A DNA stretch of 64,000 nucleotides from Eledone cirrhosa (lineage: Eukaryota). Location of the stretch: NCBI GenBank assembly GCA_964016885.1, contig OZ024758.1:26350001-26414000 (forward strand), read 5' to 3'. The translations under genes and the position numbers were made by a program. Position 1 is the first letter of the stretch. Each line of letters begins with the position of its first letter. Shown here in pieces: positions 54,222 to 64,000 of the stretch. Under the pieces are notes generated by a model, which ran no database searches, was not told the origin of the DNA, and worked only from the letters and a program-made list of their open reading frames with translations.

Positions 54222-56961
54222 CCGAGACCTAGATACCATATACAATTGAGTAAATGCCACAGAATTCCATGTCCTCTGTTACAAAAACAAAATCTCTTAT
54301 AAAATTAACTAACTTGACCCAAACAAAGAAACTATTCAAAATTCTGAGCACATTCATGACTTGAATATATTTGAGGATGTAGATGCATGTTTCTCTAACT
54401 ATACTCACAGGTTGCAGCCATAACTTGCCACTCGTACTGATGTTAAGGAATTGTTTTCAAAATAAATAATATGAAAATCTCACAGATTTAGTATTATGTG
54501 AGATAAATAAAGTCTTTACTGCGAAAATACAATAGTAAATATAGAGTAATGCAAATGCTAAAAGGGTTAAAGACAAAGAGCTTTAAACTCTGAAGGTGAT
54601 GCTCCAGCATGGACTTGGTCATGATGGCTAATGTAAACTGAAGAATTAAAATAAAGACCAGTAAAAAAGAAATATAGAAAGGAAAAAATAGAGGGGAAAA
54701 AATGAAAAATGTAAGGAATGCTAAAAACCTGTCATTGTAAATTAAAACTTGACATCTGATGTCAAAATCAATCTTTCTCAAAATAGACTATTTCATAGTT
54801 TTCTAAGTTCATTCATGTCTTTTCTATAGTATTTCCTCTTAGCTTTTTCCATTTTGAGAATTCCATATTGAATGTAAGAAGTTATTTGTCATCAAATCTA
54901 TTCAATAATGATTCTAACTCGCCTTTAAGAACAAAGGAAACATGTATGTCTAAATATATAATTCAAAGTTATTTATTCTTGGAATTAATGTCTACAGGCT
55001 TTAGATATATGAAACTTTAGATATTTGTGTTAACTTATAGCATTTTAAGACAGTAAATTGGCAGAGTTGTTAACACATTTGATACAATGGTTTGTGTCAT
55101 TCATTCTGGTACTCTATGCTCTCAGCTAAAAATCCCACTGAGGTCAACTTTGCCTTTCATCCTTTCAAGGTCAATATATAAACTAGTTCAGTACTAAAGT
55201 AAATTCACAGCAAAGACTACATTCTTTCTTCAGAATATATTTCAACTTTGAATGACTGTTAACCCTTTAGCATTTACTTTACTCTATAGTAAACTGACCC
55301 TCGTATTTGGGTATCCATTTACTTTACTCTATAGTAAACTGACCCTCGTATTTGGGTATCCATTTTTCACTAAATATTGTCTATAACAATGGGGGGGGGG
55401 GTAATTTTAGTGGGATCTGTGGGATAATTCATTTAGCTAGAATGGTTTTGTTGTAATGAAAAGGTTGGAAAACACTGCTCTATCATCTTTAAAAAAATGA
55501 AAGGACACACTGAACAATGTACTCCCTGGTACACTTAACCAATTAGCATTTAAACCGGCTGTATCTGGCCAGAATTCTCTCACCTCTTTCTTTTCAAACT
55601 GGCTGTAACCAGCCACTCATACTGATGTTAAGGTATTGTTCTCAAAATAAATAATATCAAAATCTCATAGATTCGATATTATGTGAGATAAAGCCTTTAC
55701 CATGAAAATACAATAGTATATATAGAGTAATGTAAATGTTAAAGGGTTAAAGATAAGATGGTCATGGTTGGAAAGGTTTTTCATCAAACATCTGACTGAC
55801 CAGAGCTGGTCTGAGCTGGTCTAAACAACAACAAGGTAGAATTGATTATTACTAACAATTTTAATCATTCTTTGTTTTATTTGCAAGATACTCAAACCAT
55901 AAATTTCATTTAACTCTTTAGCATTTACATTACTCTATATTTACTATTATATTTTCACAGGGAAAGGCTTTATCTCACATAATATCAAATCTAGGAGATT
56001 TTGATATTATTTATTTTGAGAACAATACCTTAACATCCGGTGAGTGACCGGTTACGGCCAGTTTGAACAGAAAGATGTGAGAGAATTCTGGCCAGATACA
56101 GCCGGTTTAAATGCTAAAGGGTTAACCTGGAAAGCATCATATTTTTTTGTGTGATTATAACAAGGGCTTGATTGTCAGGTCTTTGAAAGATATATTAGCT
56201 GAATCAGTCATTTTTATATCCTATAAACTATATTAGCACACACTGCATAAACCGACATAAACAATATCAGTTTACACAATAAATCATTCTATGTATGTAG
56301 TGTATTATCTACAGTAGAATACTGAGGCAGTAATTTGATATGATGTTTTTATATCAATATCAGCTAACTGAATCAGTCAGCCATTAAATTTAAGGCATTT
56401 CACAGACTAAGAAGTTTGTTAGAATAAAATTTAAGTATAGACCTACTTAAGATTAACTGTTATTATTTATCTACTTATCTATTATTATGTTTTCTGCAAG
56501 GTGATATCAGACACCAACAATAAATAATGTTATTGTAAATACTGCAAAATAATGGTTCTTTCACCAAGAACAACTGCGAGAAACAAACAAAGAGATATCA
56601 AACCAACCCAGCTGAAACATCTCTCAAGAATTATGATATCTTATCATAATTCAAAAGATCATATTGTAGTAATTTATAAAAGATATACACAAATACACTT
56701 ATGTGAATTTATATAGATATGAGCATAAATACATGGCAGCATGTGGCCTAGTGGTTTGAGTGTTGAGTTTACAATTGTAATGCTGTGGGTTCAATTCCTG
56801 GACTGGCTGGTACATTGTGTTCTTGAGAAAAACACTTCATTCCACGTTGCTCCAGTCCAACTCATGTGAAAATGAGTACTAGAAGTAGTTAGGGACATAA
56901 GCAATAGACTGGTGTCTTGTATTCTCAGGTGCTTCAGATCAGATCAGAGACTCTTAAGTCT

Positions 56962-57208
56962 TGAGGGAGTCATAGGGACACTGCCTAGACTTACAGTGTT
57001 TCTAGGGCATTTTTAAATGTGGTGAAACCCATCATCTCAGCCCAGCTCTGAATATCCTGAGGGAGTCATAGGGACACTGCCTGGACTTACAGTGTTTCTA
57101 GGGCATTTTTAAATGTGGTGAAACCCATCATTTAAGCCCAGCTCTAAATATCCTGAGGGAGTCATAGGAACACTGCCTAGACTTACAGTGTTTCTAGGGT
57201 ATTTTTAA
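56962..57208. repeat. 96-bp tandem repeat, about 2.5 units
   Basis: Unit starts at 56962, 57058 and 57154. Confidence 0.9.
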
Positions 57209-59137
57209 TACAGCAGATTTTCTCCAGAGAAGAATAGAGAGTGAGAGAATGGAAGTGAGAAAGAAATATAGAATCAACACCAGTACAGACCTGACAACTC
57301 CCTCCAGCGGACCGGGAGATCTCCCTGTTTCAGTGGGATGGGTGAGAGTTGTCTTCTCTTGTGAAAATGGGCATAACTTTCATTAAGTAAAATCTACCCA
57401 TTTTGCCTCATTTCTTTCTCCCCATTTTGGGGCACTTTTTTTCATGGTACTCCCCGTTTGGATTTTTAAAGGTTGGCTGGTCTACCAGTACTAGACTGAT
57501 ACTTTTTTTTATCGACCTCGAATGGAAGAATAATACAAATGAAACCGGAACAAGTTTCAACCTGACAGATACCCCCCCCCCCCCCCCCCCATTCTTAATA
57601 CATTCTTTAACATTTAAGTACATAAATGTTTATGGCCATTTTTTCCTGTGAAAATTATTCTGCCTACTATCTCCTATACAACCCAAATCTCTTATATCAC
57701 AAATAACAACTATCTTACACTAAATCTTTAGCCTAGCCTACTTTTGCTTTCACTAATATCAACAGTTAACTAATAACACATTTCTACTCAGCTTCCATCA
57801 TGTTCTCATCACATTTCTAATCCTTTGCTGCTGTTGTGTGTATTTAGCTCAAATTTACTGGGTACGTTCGTCCATCCATTCTCTCTTACTCTCTCTCTCT
57901 TTGCCTGCCTGTCTCTCTCTCTCTCTCTCTCTATCTATATATATATATATATCACTCTTCATGATGATGATGATTATCATCATTTAATGTGCGTTCTCTC
58001 TGCTAGCAAAATTATTTATCTGCGCGTGTCTGTATCGGTTTAGAATAAGTACATGCATCCCTGTGTCATATGAGGTGACTAAAAGGGTTGGCATCAGGAA
58101 GGGCATCCAGCTATAAGACTGATGATAATGATATGTGTATTCATGAGATTATATCATAAACACTAATTTGTGGTATAATTGGACTCTCGTAGTATCAATT
58201 TGACACATTTGTTGATGAAATCTGTATTTTACTTTACCTTAGAGAAAGAACATTTATTCATACTAAAGTTGTATTATCATTATCATCATCATCATCATCA
58301 CCATCACCATCATCCTCATTAATGTCTGCATTGCCTGCTAGCAAGGGTTGGACAAGTCTACATAAATCAAGTCAGTATTGAAGCAAGGCTACTGACCTAG
58401 ACAAGCCAGGGGAGTCTGGATCACGCTTATGTACAGTCTCGCGTTCTACCGAGTGCACAGGAGAGGTTGTCATGTTTTTGACACAACTGAAGGGTGCTCC
58501 CAACCCTTTATTAAACAAGCTTTCTACGGCTAGATGCCCTTCATATCACCAACCACATTCCAGTGTGTACTGGCTTTTATCCTGTAGATCACCAGCACTA
58601 GAGAGAGTGTCATGTCCTTGACACCTTTTATTTAACAAGCTTTCAACAGCTGGATACACTTCCTATCAATTGTGTAATAGATTAAATTTCAAAGAAGATA
58701 GTTGACCAGTAATCATTAACATAACACCAAAATGCAAATATACAGGATGTCCCCCCCCCCTCCAAATGTATACACATTTATTAGAATGTTATTGAAAAGT
58801 GTATACATTTTTGGCGACACCCTGTATATATATATATATATATATATAAAAAAATAAAAACAAACTTATTTTCTATTTCAACACTACAACAAAAAAGATA
58901 GTTCCAGTAAGATTGAGATCTTTTATTTAGAACAAAAGAAATGCATATATCTTTATAAATATGAATATTTAATCAAACTTCATATGATTCATTAGAGTTT
59001 ACTGTTATTTTTTGGTGAAAAGATTGATGTTTTTTAACCAATATCATATATTTATAAAAATATCCTCCATTACAAATCTTACTGATGAAGAATGAGTGCA
59101 AAAATAGATATAAAAATATCACAAGATATATATTATT

Positions 59138-59816
<679 letters not shown>

Positions 59817-61594
59817 CATACAAATATATTCTTTGTACTCTTGACAAAGAGACTATGATGGCAGCATATTTCATGTTTACAATCAACTCGTTTACTCAGA
59901 ATATTTTAAAATAACAATAGAGATTCAAATGTAAGAAGAGACAAAAGTTATAATAATTGGCTTTCGAAATAAAATAAAATGAAAATCATTTTATTTCTGA
60001 TAATAGCAACATCTATCATAACTTTTCTGTTAATAGTAACATTTAATTGTTGGTGGATAGTAGCTGTTAGGTTTGAATATTTGATGTTAGAATGTTAGAT
60101 AGACATAGGGAGGTTTTTCTTCTTCATAACAGAATAAATGTTTGACAGTAGCTATGAATCAGCTATGAAAACAAAAACTTACTAATGATTAAAAGATCAT
60201 ATCCAGAAGCAAATAACAGAAAAGAGTTGGTTGGCATTGGCACTTTAAGTACTTATATATCAAAGAAGGGTGACAAACATGAAGAGAAAAATGATAAATG
60301 AGTAAAAGAGGCCAAAGAAAGAGTGGAATAAAGAGATAAAAAGAAAATCTACTTCTGATTGATAAAAATAGGTAAATTTACTTCATAGTTAACCCTTTAT
60401 CATTTAAACCGGCCGTATCCAGCCAGAACTCTCTCACCTCTTTCTGTTCAAACTGGCTGTAACTAGCCACTCATACTGATGTGAAGGTATTGTTCTCAAA
60501 ATAGATATCAAAATCTCGTAGATTCGATATCATGTAAGATAATTATGTGAGGCAAAGCCTTTACTGTGAAAATATAATAGTAAATATAGAGTATTGTAAA
60601 TTCTAAGGGTTAAAGAAGGGTGACAAAGATGAAGAGAAAAAATGATAAAAAGAAAATCTAGTTCAACGTAGATATGTTAAATATATCCTTTGATTGATAG
60701 AAATAGGTAAATTTACTTTATAGTTAAAGCATATATTGTCAATATATTACTTATAATTGGTGTTCAGTAATCTTATATGATACATAAAGCATTTACATAT
60801 GTGTGTGTATATATATATCATCATCATCATCATCATCGTTTAACGTCCATCTTCCACACTTGCATGGGTTTGGACGGGAGTTTTCCCACTTGAGGCAAGA
60901 TTGGTTGTCTTGCTCGCATAGGACTGTCTGGCGGGTTTTCTATGGCTGGATGCCCTTCCTAACACCAACCACGTTTACAGTGTGGACTGGGAGGTTTTTA
61001 CCGTGTTACCTACATGGCCACATTACAGCGTGGACTGTCTGTTTTTTTGTCGTGACACCTACATGACCTCATTTGTTTCGGACTGGATGTTGTGGTACCA
61101 ACATAACTTTACATTGAAAGGGGTGGTGTGGATGGGGTGTGGGTAGTGGGGCAGGGGTGTATTTTTGTTAGAGGTGCCTACTTACTGTAGTAGGTTTCAC
61201 TTTGTACTTAGGTAAGGTATATATATATATATATGGAGGCACATGGCTTAGTGGTTAGAGCATTGGCCTTGCAATCGAAAGGTTGTGAGTTCACTTCTCA
61301 GACCAGGTGATGTGTTGTTTCCTTGAGCAAGAGACTTTATTTCACATTGCTCCAGTTTACTCAGCTGTAGAAATGAGATGATAGGGACTGGGGTCCCTAT
61401 CATTCCACTGCAAAGTGGTCGTGGAGGTGCCACGGAAAAAAAGCACCCAGCACTCACCGTAAATGAGGTTGGCGTTAGGAAGGGCATCCAGCTGTAGAAA
61501 TCAAGCCAGAATCAGTTCCCGTCCCACCCTTGCAAGCAGGGAAAAAGCGGACGTAAAATGAAATGATGATGATGATGATGATATATAATATATA

Positions 61595-61990
61595 TAGTTT
61601 AAAGATAACAAGGATGATAGGTTACTCCTTCATTACATTTATTGATAGGTGACGCGCGTTTCGCCACTGATCAGCTCAAGGTTCGATCTGTATCGATCTT
61701 ACCCGACTCTGTAATCTGCGGTTTGTCGGACCCCTTGTAATGGTAGATCAATACAAATCGAACCTTGAGCTAATCAGTGGCGAAACGCGCGTCACCTACC
61801 AATAAACGTAATGGAGGAGTAACCAATCGTCCTTGTTATCTTTTTACTATTATACACTCTGTCTCTGAAATGAACCTAAATGAAATGAACCTAAACATTG
61901 AGTGCTCACCCGGGTGAACCTACAGTAACTCCAAGTTACTGTAGGTACACCCGAGTGTACCTACAGTAACTCCAAGTTACACCCCCTGGA
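61595..61990. mobile_element. Fold-back Penelope-like pLTR fragment
   Basis: Arms of about 105 bp (61595-61699 and 61745-61852), each with GCGAAACGCGCGTC, the classic PLE minimal-hammerhead 3' half; CUGANGA half is absent. Confidence 0.72.
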
Positions 61991-62417
61991 TATCATCATC
62001 ATCATTTCATTTTACGTCCACTTTTCCCTGCTTGCAAGGGTGGGACAGGAACTGATTCTGGCTTGATTTCTACAGCTGGATGCCCTTCCTAACACCAACC
62101 TCATTTACAGTGAGTGCTGGGTGCTTTTTTGCCGTGGCACCTCCACGTCCACTTTACAGTCTATATATGGGTGTATATATATATATATATATTTTAGAAA
62201 CGATCGACTTTCGTCAAATCGGACCGAGGGAACAATGTTTCCGTTGGTCTTTTCAATTGCTAATACTATCTATCGGTCGCAAACTCCAGGTAGAAGGAGC
62301 AACGTGAAATAAAGTGTCTTGCTCAAGGACATAACGCATCGCCTGGTCCACGAATCAAACTCACAATCTTACGATTGCGAATCCAATTCTCTAACCACTC
62401 AGCCACACACCTTCACT

Positions 62418-62695
62418 AAATATATATATATATACACACATAAATATAAAATATATATATATATACACACATAAATATAAAATATATATATATATACACA
62501 CATAAATATAAAATATATATATATATATACACACATAAATATAAAATATATATATATATATACACACATAAATATAAAATATATATATATATATACACAC
62601 ATAAATATAAAATATATATATATATACACACATAAATATAAAATATATATATATATACACACATAAATATAAAATATATATATATATACACACAT
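62418..62695. repeat. ~29-31-bp minisatellite (cacacataaatataaaa + (TA)n)
   Basis: Direct reading. Confidence 0.92.
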
Positions 62696-63061
62696 ATATA
62701 CAGTTGTCCCCTGGTATTCGTAGGGGTTACGTTCCTAAAGCCCTCATGAAGATTGAAAAGCTGCGAATATTGGACGTGGTACATAAAAAGGCCTATAAAC
62801 GTCAAAATATAACATAAAATATTTTTTAAAAAGAGGGAGTATCTTATGTGAAGGGCCGTCCAATAGGCAGGCAAATACAGTATATTGTTATTAATTATTT
62901 ATCGTTAAAAATATATATATTTGCCACAAAGATATTTACAATTGCATGAATATGCGGTGGTTTCCACAAACAATTATTATTTAGGTTCTCAGGAAAATCC
63001 CTCGAATAACCAGGACCGAGAATGTTGGAGGTACACTGTATTGTGTCATGGTTGCTGTAAA

Positions 63062-63195
63062 TATAATAATAATAATAATGAAATATTGTGTACAGTGCTC
63101 AGGTGCACTACAACTCATCAAAAAGTGTATGTATAGTACATAGGGTAATGTACAAACATCAGGAAAATGAACAGTGCATGAGTCATGATACACAC
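63062..63195 (-). mobile_element. CR1-type 3' tail fragment
   Basis: Matches 9530-9660. Confidence 0.75.
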
Positions 63196-63635
63196 TTATA
63201 ATTGGTGTTCAGTAATGTTATATAGCATAAAGCATGTATATATATTTATATATAATGTATACAACGTCTGTAGTTAGTGTTTTGGGTTGTTGTTGTTTTT
63301 TAAATAATTCATTGTTACTGCTGTGAAAAAATATGTTCAATGTGTGTGTGTGTCATTATAGTGTTATACTCATTGAAGCATAGGGTGGGGCCATGAAAGA
63401 GTTATTTGTCTTGCTCTCTCTCCTACTCAGCAAGGGTTCCACCTCCAAGACCAGCCTACTGTTCTTTAAATTCATTGAAAGATTAATTAAAGATTATTAG
63501 TGGGTCATGAAGGAGGGAGGTAGGGATGTTTAGAGAGAAATACTATGAATAGGAGTTCAAAGGAGGGTGGAGAGTGAAAGCAGCTGAAATAAGAGAGCAT
63601 AACAATAGAACTGAGAATAATAATATAACAATATA

Positions 63636-63835
63636 ACTCTCCAAATATAAAGATCTAGAGATAGAAATAACTCGAATGTGGAAATGAAAACAGAAACAAT
63701 ACCTATAATGATAGGTGCCCTAGAAATGATAAAAACGCAGTCAAATACATAGCCAAAACCCCAGGACTTACAAATATATACAGCATGCAAAAGATAACAC
63801 TGGGCCTGCATGCATTATATAGAGTACCCCAAGTC
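63636..63835 (+). pseudogene. Decayed C-terminus of a restriction-like-endonuclease non-LTR retrotransposon (R4/Dong-like)
   Basis: KYKDLEIEITRMW / KTETIPIMIGALEMIK / MQKITLG with a frameshift; matches the KY.DL..EI..MW...IP..IGALG...QK..LLG pattern. Confidence 0.7.
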
Positions 63836-63883
63836 TTATAGACACACACATGTGTGTATATATATATATATATGTGTGTGTAA

Positions 63884-63929
<46 letters not shown>

Positions 63930-64000
63930 AGGCACATGGCAATTTGCAGACCGGGTGATGTGTTGTTTCCTTGAGCAAGACACTTTATTTCACATTGCTC

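Noticed and set aside
61234-61310. tRNA gene
   Set aside because: tRNA-like SINE head continuing into the SINE body; no complete cloverleaf.

Overview
AT-rich, repeat-saturated animal genomic DNA with no intact long gene. The mix of (TA)n/(CA)n/(ATG)n microsatellites, tRNA-headed SINEs, RTE/CR1 LINE ends and TTAA MITEs suggests a coleoid cephalopod such as Octopus; this is an inference and is not verified. Almost all supplied ORFs are translations of microsatellites or minisatellites. Main observations: (1) several unrelated short elements sit in (TA)n tracts, carry type-I hammerhead ribozyme motifs and are often folded back as inverted repeats, resembling Penelope-like pLTRs or retrozymes, and a decayed Penelope GIY-YIG ORF lies at about 14.4-14.9 kb; (2) a chimeric tRNA-SINE whose body and tail trace to two different RTE LINE 3' ends present in this window; (3) repeated conversion of internal TE segments into minisatellites at microhomologies; (4) a low-confidence chain of small minus-strand exons, including two mutually similar microexons. 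Coordinates were read by eye and TE boundaries are approximate.
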